NCBI GenBank assembly: GCA_964428315.1
Contig: CAYRXT010000014.1
Coordinates: 1 to 61,525 of the forward strand
DNA length: 61,525 bases
Source: an uncultured Planctomycetales bacterium
GTDB lineage: Bacteria; Omnitrophota; Gorgyraeia; Zapsychrales; CAYRXT01
Direction: 5' to 3'
The notes under the pieces are model-generated. The model saw nothing but the letters and a program-made list of their open reading frames with translations. It was not told where the DNA came from and searched no databases. Below, piece after piece: positions 7,751 through 17,314 of the stretch. The translations under genes were made by a program, and so were the position numbers. Every line of letters starts with the position of its first letter. Position 1 is the first letter of the stretch.

Positions 7751-9037
7751 TCAGAACAGGGTCATCTGCCCTTCTTTTTTCCGGCGGTCTTCTTCGGTAA
7801 AGATCGCGACCTTGCCGTATTCCCCGTCATAGCCGGCCGCGATGTTCACCTCGCCGCTTCTCACCCGGGCGATCCCTTCGGCCGCCAGGTCTCCCGCGCA
7901 CTCCTTAATCCTGTCCAAAGGCGCCTCCCGGAGGATAAACATCTCATTGCCTAAACCGGCGAGCATCTCCCTGAACACATGCTGCACCGCCTTCGTATTC
8001 GGCCCCACACCCCGCGCGTCGGCGATGATCTCGGGCAGGGGGATCAGACTTGAGAAGGGGCGCCACCGCGGGGACTTCCGCCCCTCCGGATGGTCGGCGA
8101 GATCCTCCACCCTGGCCATGACCCCGACGGTTACCGGTTTGCCGCAGACCGGACACAGGCCCTTGTTGTCCCTCGTTTCGCGCGGACACAGGCGCGTCCG
8201 GCACTGGCGGTGCCCGTCGTAATGATATTTCCCCTCCTGCGGGTAAAATTCCACCGTCCCTTCCAGTCCTGCGTTATCGGGATCCCGGAGGGCCCCGTAA
8301 ATCCCGCGGTAAGAAAATTCCGTGTTATAGACCGTGGCCTCGCGGCCGAGCTTGCCCGGCGAGTGGGCGTCGGAATGCGAAACAAGGACATAGGGGTCGA
8401 GCTGGCTTAGACGCCAGTTCATGGGCGGATCGGACGAGAGACCGGTCTCCACCGCGAAAATATGACCGGTGAGATCCCCGAAACAGTCCTCTATCCTGTC
8501 GAAACCGCCTTTCGAGCCAAGCACCGAAAACCACGGCGTCCAGATGTGCGCGGGGACAAGGCAGCTCAAAGGATCCGATTCCAGCACGATCTCCAGCAGG
8601 TCGCGGGAATCCAGTCCGAGGATCGGCCGCCCGTCGGAGCGGATATTGCCGATCGTCTCGAGCTTTTTCTGGACTTTTTTCGCCGCGGCGAATGACGGGA
8701 AAAAAACGACGTTATGGACCTTGCGCACCCTGTCCATCCGCTTGTAGATATTGGAGATCTCGACGGTAAGCATGAAGCGCACCGTCCCCCGGCAGGAAAC
8801 GGGCAGTTCTTTTTCGAGGGGGCCGGCATATTCCGGCCTTAAGGAAAACAGGCCTTCTTCGGCTGGTTCGAGTTTGTCCTCAAGTTCTTTCAGCCAGCCG
8901 GGATGGACGCAGTCTCCGGTCCCCGCGACCTGGATGCCTTTCCTCTGGGCCCAGAGCCAGAGGTGTTCCAGGTCGAGGTCCTTGCTCGTCGCGCGGGAAA
9001 AACGGGAATGGACGTGGAGGTCGGCATAAAACCGCAT
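7751..9037 (-). CDS. Endonuclease Q-family PHP-domain protein
   Basis: ADLHVHSRFSRATS, PAHIWTPWFS, ETGLSSD, SDAHS, GKYHYDGHRQC...CPVCG Zn site, GYDGEYG; start at ATG 9037. Confidence 0.88.
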   Translation of the reverse strand: MRFYADLHVHSRFSRATSKDLDLEHLWLWAQRKGIQVAGTGDCVHPGWLKELEDKLEPAEEGLFSLRPEYAGPLEKELPVSCRGTVRFMLTVEISNIYKRMDRVRKVHNVVFFPSFAAAKKVQKKLETIGNIRSDGRPILGLDSRDLLEIVLESDPLSCLVPAHIWTPWFSVLGSKGGFDRIEDCFGDLTGHIFAVETGLSSDPPMNWRLSQLDPYVLVSHSDAHSPGKLGREATVYNTEFSYRGIYGALRDPDNAGLEGTVEFYPQEGKYHYDGHRQCRTRLCPRETRDNKGLCPVCGKPVTVGVMARVEDLADHPEGRKSPRWRPFSSLIPLPEIIADARGVGPNTKAVQHVFREMLAGLGNEMFILREAPLDRIKECAGDLAAEGIARVRSGEVNIAAGYDGEYGKVAIFTEEDRRKKEGQMTLF

Positions 9038-9220
9038 CGGGATTTCCTTTCGGCAGTACGGGACTGGCTTCAGAAATACTACCAAAAGGAAAATGGAATT
9101 GCAACCGAAAAAACCATCGGAGAGCGGATCATCAGGGCGTGACGGCCCCCGCGCCGTCGCGGGAAGAGCTTCGGACAAAGAGCGAAGCCAGGACCGGGTC
9201 AAAAGAGGCCGCCCCCCTCC

Positions 9221-9248
9221 ACTTAACACTTAACACTTAACACTTAAC
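9221..9248. repeat. Heptamer tandem repeat (acttaac)x4
   Basis: Four perfect copies followed by degenerate gcttac. Confidence 0.9.
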
Positions 9249-9256
9249 GCTTACAA

Positions 9257-9496
9257 TCAGCTCGCCTTTTCCTGGTATCCGCACTTTGCGCAGACCCAGC
9301 GGTGCTCGCTCTTGCCCCCCAGCCGGGAGGCCCAGATGATGAGCGGCACCCCGATCAGACATCCGACGACGGTCATGCACAACAGGCCCCCGATGATGAT
9401 CAGAAACACGACCAAGCCCTTGCCGTGCACCTTCACATCCTGGGTGCGCATCATCCCATCGCATTTCTTGCAGTGTAACGTGCTGGTATCGACCAT
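9257..9496 (-). CDS. Small membrane protein with CxxC-hydrophobic hairpin-CxxC (LITAF-like Zn-ribbon layout)
   Basis: CKKC, about 30 hydrophobic residues, CAKC; upstream AGGGAG RBS. Confidence 0.7.
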   Translation of the reverse strand: MVDTSTLHCKKCDGMMRTQDVKVHGKGLVVFLIIIGGLLCMTVVGCLIGVPLIIWASRLGGKSEHRWVCAKCGYQEKAS

Positions 9497-9545
9497 AGTC
9501 TCCCTTTCCTTTGTTTGACGGCCATTGTTGTTAAACGGACGCGGC

Positions 9546-9962
9546 TTATCTTTTGAGATAGTTCAGGATGCCTTCTTTAAACCGCGCAAAGTCAGTTAAC
9601 TTCGTCGTCGCCTTCTCAAACACCAGTTCATCATTAATATCCGCGTATTCATGAACGAGGATGTTCCGTAACCCCCTCATCTCTTTCAATAACCGCGCCG
9701 TCTCTTCAGGAATAACATCCTCATTGCGCAGTTTGTCAAAGAGGTCATTCTCATCCGCCGGCAGTCCGGACCTCAATCCCGAAACCATTAACTTGCAGAT
9801 GTCAATCGTGCATTCAACACTTAACTGGAGAAGGCGTTCGCAGCTTCGTTTAATTTCCGTTCTTTGATACCGGGAAAATTCCGCCGGCGTCACGCCCCTC
9901 AATTCTTTCAAATATCCGTCCAATTCATCGATCTTCGCCAGGACGCGGCTCTCATCCACCAT
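9546..9962 (-). CDS. HEPN (DUF86/HepT-like) RNase toxin
   Basis: RNILVHEY (R-x4-H motif), ERLLQLSVECTIDI; start at ATG 9962. Confidence 0.9.
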   Translation of the reverse strand: MVDESRVLAKIDELDGYLKELRGVTPAEFSRYQRTEIKRSCERLLQLSVECTIDICKLMVSGLRSGLPADENDLFDKLRNEDVIPEETARLLKEMRGLRNILVHEYADINDELVFEKATTKLTDFARFKEGILNYLKR

Positions 9963-10353
9963 TTTTGACCTCCTCCAGATACTCTCTGTAGATATGCTCA
10001 AAGTCGGAAAATTCGCGGATGACCTTGAAGGCCTCCTCATACAGGCGGTCTTCATCCCGGCAAAAAAGGACCTTGCCGTCCTTCAGGATCCTCTGGCGGA
10101 TGTAGATCGGGACCTGCTGAAAAATCCGGACATCCAGGTCCGGGCAATCGGCAAGATAATCCAGTCTCTTTTGCGACACGGCCCTGGGGGCGCGGCCGCC
10201 CGGCTCCAGGACCAGGGCCACGTCCGTATCGGAAAGAGGCCCGCCCTCGTCCCGGCCCCTGCTGCCGAACAGGAACACCGCAAGGACCTCCGGGTCCCCC
10301 CGCGCGCGCCGCAGAAGTTTATCCAATTCTGGGTTTGTATTTTTCGCGTCCAT
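9952..10353 (-). CDS. Minimal nucleotidyltransferase (MntA-like) antitoxin
   Basis: LFGSRGRDEGGPLSDTDVA (GS-x10-DxD); overlaps the HEPN gene. Confidence 0.9.
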   Translation of the reverse strand: MDAKNTNPELDKLLRRARGDPEVLAVFLFGSRGRDEGGPLSDTDVALVLEPGGRAPRAVSQKRLDYLADCPDLDVRIFQQVPIYIRQRILKDGKVLFCRDEDRLYEEAFKVIREFSDFEHIYREYLEEVKNGG

Positions 10354-10480
10354 GTGTTAATTTAAATTGTCACCGGGCCGGCGCCTCTCCGGCACGAATA
10401 ATGATATTATACCCCAATAAGCTCGTCTGACCAGAGGCAAGCACGGATTTTTTTGCGTCACACCTAAACAACAGCCGTTT

Positions 10481-11263
10481 ATGCTCAAAGGCCTCAAACA
10501 TCTTTACAGTTACCGGGATCTGTTCCTAATCCTTGTCTGGCGCGATCTCAGTGTGCGCTACCAACAGGCCGTTCTGGGCATCGCCTGGGCCGTAATCCAA
10601 CCTTTAAGCATGATGCTGTTGTTTACTTTTATTTTTACTTATATAATGCCAGTGAAGATTTCTAATATTCCAAAACCCGTCTTTTTTTATGCAGGACTTC
10701 TCCCGTGGACATTTTTTCTCTCTTCAGTAAATGATGCTATTCCCAGCCTTATCGTTAATTATAATCTAGTTAAAAAGATTTATTTTCCAAAAATTTTTCT
10801 TCCAACTACCGGGTTAGTAGTGGCCAAGGTTGATTTTTTGATATCATTAGTCCTGTTCTTTGGTCTCCTTTCTATTTTCAAAATTCCATTAACATGGTCA
10901 ATTCTGTGGATTATCCCCTTATTTATTCTTCTTATACTCTTTACTCTTTCATTAGCTCTGATCTTGTCAGCCCTCAATGTCTATTATCGGGATGTCAGCT
11001 TGGCATCTGCATTCTTGCTACGACTCCTTTTTTTTGCCTCCCCCATCCTTTACAGCATTAATGACGTGTCGGAAAGGCTAAAACTAGTTTTGATGATAAA
11101 TCCTATGACTTTCATCATTGAAAATATGCGTCGATGCATGGTGGAAGGACGAACAACCAACCCTTGGCAATATGCCATCATGCTTGCATTCTCTTCCATC
11201 CTTTTAATTATGAGTTACCAATTTTTTAGACGAACCGAGAAAAAATTTTCCGATGTTATCTAA
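10481..11263 (+). CDS. wzm: Polysaccharide ABC exporter permease
   Basis: RDLSVRYQQAVLGIAWAVIQPL, KKIYFP, YYRDV, NPMT; multiple TM segments. Confidence 0.9.
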   Translation: MLKGLKHLYSYRDLFLILVWRDLSVRYQQAVLGIAWAVIQPLSMMLLFTFIFTYIMPVKISNIPKPVFFYAGLLPWTFFLSSVNDAIPSLIVNYNLVKKIYFPKIFLPTTGLVVAKVDFLISLVLFFGLLSIFKIPLTWSILWIIPLFILLILFTLSLALILSALNVYYRDVSLASAFLLRLLFFASPILYSINDVSERLKLVLMINPMTFIIENMRRCMVEGRTTNPWQYAIMLAFSSILLIMSYQFFRRTEKKFSDVI

Positions 11264-11969
11264 TAATAGCGCCATAGAATTTAAGAATATCTGGAAAAAA
11301 TATTCTCGAAGCAGAATATTTCACCGATCATTAAGGGAGGATTTATCTAATATTTTCTGTCAGACGAAACAAGAAAACGAGTTGCATAAAGATGAGTTTT
11401 GGGCGCTTCAAAATATCAATTTTCAGATAAAAAAGGGCGAAACAGTCGGTTTTTGGGGGGGCAATGGAGCAGGAAAAAGCACCATCTTAAAAATGATTGC
11501 TAATATTACTTACCCTTCTCGCGGCTCACTCATCGCCCAGGGAAAAATCGCTCCTCTTCTCGAAATCGGAGCCGGATTTCATCAAGATTTAAGCGGACGG
11601 GAAAACATCTTTATTAACGGAGCTATCCTTGGGATGACCATTAAAGAAATTAAAGCAAAACTTGACTCCATCATTGACTTCTCTGAGGTCAAAGCGTTTA
11701 TTGACATGCCTGTCAAGAAATATTCAAGCGGCATGTACCTAAAACTTGCTTTTGCTATCGCTATCCACAGCGAAGCGGATATTTATCTGTTTGATGAAAT
11801 AATTGCCGTGGGAGATGAAGCCTTCCGTAAAAAATGTTTAGAGAAGATTTCGGATTTGCAAAAGGAGCAAAAAACAATTCTTTTTGTTTCACATAACAAA
11901 CAGTTGCTTTATGAAAAATCTCACCGTGTTTTAAACATATCAAAAGGGTCAATAATCAATCAAAATTAA
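11253..11969 (+). CDS. wzt: Polysaccharide ABC exporter ATPase (no C-terminal carbohydrate-binding domain)
   Basis: GGNGAGKST, LSGRENI, YSSGM, DEIIAVGD, VSH. Confidence 0.9.
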   Translation: MLSNNSAIEFKNIWKKYSRSRIFHRSLREDLSNIFCQTKQENELHKDEFWALQNINFQIKKGETVGFWGGNGAGKSTILKMIANITYPSRGSLIAQGKIAPLLEIGAGFHQDLSGRENIFINGAILGMTIKEIKAKLDSIIDFSEVKAFIDMPVKKYSSGMYLKLAFAIAIHSEADIYLFDEIIAVGDEAFRKKCLEKISDLQKEQKTILFVSHNKQLLYEKSHRVLNISKGSIINQN

Positions 11970-12013
11970 TAAAAGCACCACGGAGCAAGCGCATAAAACT
12001 TTGTTCATCGGTT

Positions 12014-13819
12014 TTATGTAACAAAGAAATGTTCATGCCACATAAGAAGATGAGATGCCTCAGGACACCTGTCAATATCCTCATTTAAAAAATGCTCAAT
12101 GTTCTCGATATTAAATCCCTTTCCCGAAAAAGCACCTGCTGCATCGGGAGATTTAGAAAGTAGCCTTTTGGAAGGCATTTGAGATTCTGCCTTGATCCTC
12201 TTCAGAATCTTTCCCTTAAGAATTCTTGTCGAGACATCATAAAACCGCCTTCTTATTCCCTGCAAATCGGCTGGTAAATATTGACCTCCAGATACTGTCG
12301 CCACATTGAAAAAATCAGGGTACATCCGTTTAAGAAGAGTTCGATAAAACTTATCCTGTAGTTTCATGTAAGGGGGGATAGTTAAGGCAAATTCAACAAG
12401 ATCTTTATCCATTAAAGGACAAAAGGTTTCGGCCTTTGTTAAAACTAAAAGAGGGACCAAGGAGGAATTTCGTCTTATTCTGTTTTGCAAATAGAAAAGA
12501 GACACTTTGTTAGGTGTATTTAGATCGATTAAATCTTTTTTGATAAAATCAAAAGACTTTTCGATCATGCAATCCGAATATCTATTTCGGAATAACTTTT
12601 TTACTATCTTGACCCTATCGGCTTTCTCTTTTCGCAATATATTCAATATTCCATCATTATTATTTTCAAAAGAATACCTTACATTTGTTTCAGTAAGCAT
12701 AACCCCTCTCCCGAAAAGATCTCCTCCCATTCCTTCAAAATTAACAAGCGTGCCCCGCCCCAAAGAGAATATTAAAGGCATTAACCAAAGGTGCAAGGGG
12801 CAAAGTCCATCAGTTATGTAAAACCACTTTTCTCTATGCATCTCTAAACTGTCAGGCCCGTAATAAGCAATTGTATGATTAAGTTTCAATCTTCTTGCCA
12901 CTTGTACTGCCAAAAGACAATCCATTATATTCTTATAGGCTATTTTGGGAGTTGTGTACGTTTTGAAGTCTAACGTTTGGGGCATAAGTTGAGATATGGT
13001 ATAAGCGATACACCGGCTATCATAGCCTCCGCTGAGAAAACAAATGGCCTCTTTCAGCCCTTTGATTTGGCGTTTCACTGCTTGCTCTATTAAAGTTTTC
13101 CCTTTTTCAAGGAAATAATTTTCGGATTGGTTTTCTTCGATTTTTATCTCTTTCCCCTCCCAATATTTATACAGAAAGAGCCTTCCCCCTTCGTATATTA
13201 AAGTGCTTGCGGCAGGCAGGGCAAAAATGTTCTCAAAGAAGGTTTCGTTACCATTAACTCCTTCAAAAATAAAGAAATCCCCCCATGCTTTCCAGTTTAT
13301 TTTTCTTTCTAAGCTTTTGTCTGCAAGGAGACCTTTGACTTCGGAAGCAAAAATAAATTTTTCTTTGTCAGCATAATAATATAATGGTCGCATTCCATAT
13401 CTATCATTAACAATCACAACCCGTTTATTTTCCTCGTCCCAGATAGCAAACGTAAAGAGGCCGTATAAATCCTTTATAAAACTAGTCCCTTTTTCTTCAT
13501 AGCAGTGCAAAATAAATTCAGCATCATTCTCGAGATATCGAAAGGCATGGCCTCTTTTTTCTAATTCCGTGCGCATAGTTGAGTAATCAAATATTTTTCC
13601 AGCCATGACAATACATTTCGTTCTGCACTGATTCCAAATAGGTTGCGGCTCCAAGTTGAATTTCTGAATAGACAGATGCCCCATCGCAATATATTGAAAA
13701 GACTTCTGCTCTATTTTATGCCAGCTTTCATGTCGCATAGAATAAAGCATCCGCCTTATCAAACGATTTTTATGTTCTATGTCATTTTTCCTGCTGACAA
13801 TGCCACAAATTTTACTCAT
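12014..13819 (-). CDS. Asparagine synthetase-related amidotransferase/ligase
   Basis: Ntn-like N-terminal domain (DRYGMRPLYY, FASEVK), LSGGYDSR PP-loop; N-terminus MSKICG lacks the position-2 Cys. Confidence 0.8.
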   Translation of the reverse strand: MSKICGIVSRKNDIEHKNRLIRRMLYSMRHESWHKIEQKSFQYIAMGHLSIQKFNLEPQPIWNQCRTKCIVMAGKIFDYSTMRTELEKRGHAFRYLENDAEFILHCYEEKGTSFIKDLYGLFTFAIWDEENKRVVIVNDRYGMRPLYYYADKEKFIFASEVKGLLADKSLERKINWKAWGDFFIFEGVNGNETFFENIFALPAASTLIYEGGRLFLYKYWEGKEIKIEENQSENYFLEKGKTLIEQAVKRQIKGLKEAICFLSGGYDSRCIAYTISQLMPQTLDFKTYTTPKIAYKNIMDCLLAVQVARRLKLNHTIAYYGPDSLEMHREKWFYITDGLCPLHLWLMPLIFSLGRGTLVNFEGMGGDLFGRGVMLTETNVRYSFENNNDGILNILRKEKADRVKIVKKLFRNRYSDCMIEKSFDFIKKDLIDLNTPNKVSLFYLQNRIRRNSSLVPLLVLTKAETFCPLMDKDLVEFALTIPPYMKLQDKFYRTLLKRMYPDFFNVATVSGGQYLPADLQGIRRRFYDVSTRILKGKILKRIKAESQMPSKRLLSKSPDAAGAFSGKGFNIENIEHFLNEDIDRCPEASHLLMWHEHFFVT

Positions 13820-13877
13820 TCAAAATATACCTCTTTTACTATTGATTCTCTGGCCTTCCCGGAACATTCATCTTGAT

Positions 13878-14939
13878 TTATAAAATGGTCTTTTCAACAA
13901 AATTGTTAAATTTCTCGGAAGTCTTCAATATGCCCAAATCGATCAACTGCTGGCTGTTAGTAAACTTAACGGAGTCTGGACAATATAAATTTATATCAGG
14001 TTTCCTTTTGACGACGTCCATATATAATTTATATTCTATTGCTTTATTCCAATATTCTTTTCGTTTTATTTCCTCTTTAGTCTTATCGATAAAATCATCA
14101 AAAAATTTAAAATGAAACAATGCGCCATGGACATTAGAAATAATCGCATCCTGGATTTTATGGGCTCCCCGGCTTAGAGACATGGATGGTGTTAGTTTAA
14201 ATAAAGGAAATTTTGTTAAGTTCAATCTATTCAGGCCAAAAACGCGACTTCGCATGCCACCAAAATACCGGAAATCTTGGGAAGACCGGCAACCCGGAAA
14301 ATTATACTTTTCTTTATAATGCGATCTCGCATCAAAGTATGGACATACTAATAGAGGGTTTTCGCCTTCACGGTACTTGGTAGAAACAATTGGCCTGTTT
14401 GAATACATATCCAACAAAAGACATTGCAAGGCATTAAATCCTTCCTGATCAAGATAATGACATAAATCGGCAAGAGAGACATCTTCTTTACGAGGATACA
14501 TCAGGATTTCATCTGTATCAACGACAATACACCAGTGATTTATGCCGTAGCGGTGTAGAAGAATATCCAGCCATAACTCCTTTTTTACAAAACTTTCGCC
14601 TGTTTGAAAAAGATGAACGTTTTTATGTCCTTTCAGGATTTGGATTGTGTTGTCCGTTGAATTATTATTAATAGCAATGATTCGATCAACTCCAAGATCA
14701 AAATAGTATTTGAGAAAAAACGGCAATCGAAGGGATTCATTTCTAACGACAAGAAATAATCTTATTTCGGCAGAATTGTTCGGGATATCTTGTTTATTAA
14801 GGCGTTTCATCCGAAAAGAAGACACTGTTCGCAAGAAGAATCGGAAACAATTATTAAACTCCTTAGATCTCTTTAATAGATTCTTCATAGCAGTCTTGTT
14901 GCCAAAGGTTACCTCGTGTTTTCTATTTTTCCAGGTCAT
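13878..14939 (-). CDS. GT2-like glycosyltransferase (paralog 1)
   Basis: RNESLRLPFFLKYY, NNNSTD, VDTDE, LFHFKF. Confidence 0.82.
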   Translation of the reverse strand: MTWKNRKHEVTFGNKTAMKNLLKRSKEFNNCFRFFLRTVSSFRMKRLNKQDIPNNSAEIRLFLVVRNESLRLPFFLKYYFDLGVDRIIAINNNSTDNTIQILKGHKNVHLFQTGESFVKKELWLDILLHRYGINHWCIVVDTDEILMYPRKEDVSLADLCHYLDQEGFNALQCLLLDMYSNRPIVSTKYREGENPLLVCPYFDARSHYKEKYNFPGCRSSQDFRYFGGMRSRVFGLNRLNLTKFPLFKLTPSMSLSRGAHKIQDAIISNVHGALFHFKFFDDFIDKTKEEIKRKEYWNKAIEYKLYMDVVKRKPDINLYCPDSVKFTNSQQLIDLGILKTSEKFNNFVEKTIL

Positions 14940-15008
14940 TTTAATGACATGATCATAGAATCTGTATACTTCAACATAACAGTGACACTTTAAATCTTTT
15001 GAGAATAT

Positions 15009-16046
15009 TTATTGGCAACTTTTAATGAAGGCATCGAATTTTTCTGAACTCAGCATAATCTTAAAATCAAGCAATTGCTGATTCTTGAGTAATTTTTTTG
15101 ATTTATCACAATATAATATTAGTCCCGGGTTCTTCAGGATCTTTTCCCGATACATTTTATATTGAAAAGCATCATTCCAATACTGCTTTCGAGCGGATTC
15201 CACATTAGATTGTGAGATAAAATCATCAAAATATTTGAAATGCAGCAAAGCACCCTGGATATTTGAAATAGCAGCTCCATCGACACCGTGAGTTCCCGAA
15301 TGAAGATACATTTCAGGATTAAATTTTAAAAGCGGAAATTTTGATAAAGTGACTGTATCCAGCCCAAAGACACGTTTTCTCATCCCTCCGCAGAACAAAT
15401 ATTTAGGCGCATTTTTGCAATTCCAAAAACGAGGAATAAAGGGAATATGAGTATCTGAATCAAAATGGGATGCCACAGATAAAGGATTCTCTCCTTTACG
15501 ATAGATGGTTTGGAAGATAGGTTTGTTGGAATACATATCCAACAAAAAACAATGCAAAGCGTCGCACTTTTCTTGAGCCAAGAAAGCGCATAATCGTCTC
15601 AAAGAAACAAATTCGCAGTAGGGGTAAATAAAAATCTCATCGACATCGACGACTAAACACCAATTTCCTTTTCCGTACTTATGTAAAAGCAAATCGATCC
15701 AGTTGACGTGCTGTCGGTAGTTTTCTTCCGTTTGAAAAACGTGAATCTGGCTTTGGTTTCCATTCAAAAGAAGGTCCAAAGTGCCATCCGTGGATCCGTT
15801 ATCGACGAATAACATGCGATCGACCCCGAGATCAAAATAATATTTAAGAAAATACGGTAGTCTTAAGGATTCATTCCGGACGCATACAAACAATCGTATT
15901 TCGTTCTTAGTATCCGGCACGTTGTTTGAACTTAATAGCTTCATTTGTGCTTCAGAACGAATACGTCTTCGTCGTCGTATCATCTTATTGAAATATTTAT
16001 TCTGACAAAACCATGTCAAGTTGCAGAGAAAATTTCGCAATGACAT
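15009..16046 (-). CDS. GT2-like glycosyltransferase (paralog 2)
   Basis: RNESLRLPYFLKYY, DNGSTDGT, VDVDE, LLHFKY. Confidence 0.82.
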   Translation of the reverse strand: MSLRNFLCNLTWFCQNKYFNKMIRRRRRIRSEAQMKLLSSNNVPDTKNEIRLFVCVRNESLRLPYFLKYYFDLGVDRMLFVDNGSTDGTLDLLLNGNQSQIHVFQTEENYRQHVNWIDLLLHKYGKGNWCLVVDVDEIFIYPYCEFVSLRRLCAFLAQEKCDALHCFLLDMYSNKPIFQTIYRKGENPLSVASHFDSDTHIPFIPRFWNCKNAPKYLFCGGMRKRVFGLDTVTLSKFPLLKFNPEMYLHSGTHGVDGAAISNIQGALLHFKYFDDFISQSNVESARKQYWNDAFQYKMYREKILKNPGLILYCDKSKKLLKNQQLLDFKIMLSSEKFDAFIKSCQ

Positions 16047-16072
16047 TAATTCCTTCTTCCCCCAGGAAACAA

Positions 16073-17305
16073 TCAGAGATCTGTTAACCTTTTATAAATC
16101 TTAAGCAATTCATTATTTAAGTATAGCAGATTGAACCTTTCCTCAATGACAGCTCTTCCCGCCAACCTGATGCCCGCCCAAATTTCAGGATGATTTATTA
16201 AGTAGTCAATTTTCTCAGCCAAGGCACAGATGTCTTTTTCATGGACGAGAAACCCGGAGACGCCATCCTCCACAAGCTCCGGAATTCCGCTGTGATAGGT
16301 TGACACCACGGGAACCCCTGCGGCCATGGCTTCTTTTAACACGTTTGGTATCCCCTCCTGGTCGCCATCAGAGGCTGTCATACTAGGTGCAAGCAAGATA
16401 TCATAATCCTCCAGGATTTTAGCAATCTCATCCCGCTCTCTCTCCGAGAATAAACGAACTGCTTTTTCTAAATTCAGCTGCCGAATTAGTGTCTCCAGGG
16501 ATTCTTTGAGAGGACCATTTCCATAAATATGATAGTTAATATTCTTATGGGTTTTCCATAATTGGGCGATAGCTAAGATGCTGTATTTAAACCCTTTTTT
16601 TTCAACCAGCCGGCCAATGGATATTATTCTAAACGAATTATGAGAAAAACTTTTTTGTGGAGTAAAAGGGATTTTTGGGCAGTCAATTCCGCTATGGTGA
16701 ACAGTGATCTTTCTTTCTTCACAACCCAGATGAATCAAGCGATTTTTGAAATACTCACAAACTGGCAGAAACGCGTTGCCTTTTTGAAACAAGTCAAAAT
16801 ATGGATTATAACCGTTTTCCTGCAGATAACGGGATATATCAAGCCCCCGGAATGACGTTATGATTTTTCCTCTCAGGATACCGATTTTTTCCAGTTGAAG
16901 AACAACCAGTCCTGCTTGTCCAAAATGGCAGTGAATGATATCAAAAGAACCCTTGTCTTTCAGAAGTGTCGCGAGATGAAATAATTCTCGGCGAGAAATA
17001 ACGGCTGGGTATGATTTGAAATTCTTTAACGTTTTTAAAAGGATGGGAATATTTCTTCGAAGATCAGAACAAAGTATCCTAACCATTTTTCTCAAAAAAG
17101 GGAAAAACCCCAAAGGCATTTGATAATAATATGTCATCTCGAGAAGATTATATTGTTCAACCTGCAAATGAATCTTTGATGTATCCTGTGGTTTTCTGGC
17201 AAATATCAAAACTTCATGTCCTGCATCCAACAATCCTATGATTTGATTTAAGATAAACGTTTCTGTTATGCATGGGAATTGGAAGACGAAACAAGCTATT
17301 CTCAT
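16073..17305 (-). CDS. GT4 glycosyltransferase, WcaL/AmsK-like
   Basis: FPCITETFILNQI, HCHFG, GRLVEKKG, DGDQEGIPNVLKEAMAAG. Confidence 0.88.
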   Translation of the reverse strand: MRIACFVFQFPCITETFILNQIIGLLDAGHEVLIFARKPQDTSKIHLQVEQYNLLEMTYYYQMPLGFFPFLRKMVRILCSDLRRNIPILLKTLKNFKSYPAVISRRELFHLATLLKDKGSFDIIHCHFGQAGLVVLQLEKIGILRGKIITSFRGLDISRYLQENGYNPYFDLFQKGNAFLPVCEYFKNRLIHLGCEERKITVHHSGIDCPKIPFTPQKSFSHNSFRIISIGRLVEKKGFKYSILAIAQLWKTHKNINYHIYGNGPLKESLETLIRQLNLEKAVRLFSERERDEIAKILEDYDILLAPSMTASDGDQEGIPNVLKEAMAAGVPVVSTYHSGIPELVEDGVSGFLVHEKDICALAEKIDYLINHPEIWAGIRLAGRAVIEERFNLLYLNNELLKIYKRLTDL

Positions 17306-17314
17306 AATGGAAAA

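Noticed and set aside
7715-7954. ORFs starting MEPGSTYEVELV on both strands
   Set aside because: Artefact of the perfect palindrome; the helicase more plausibly starts at 7680.
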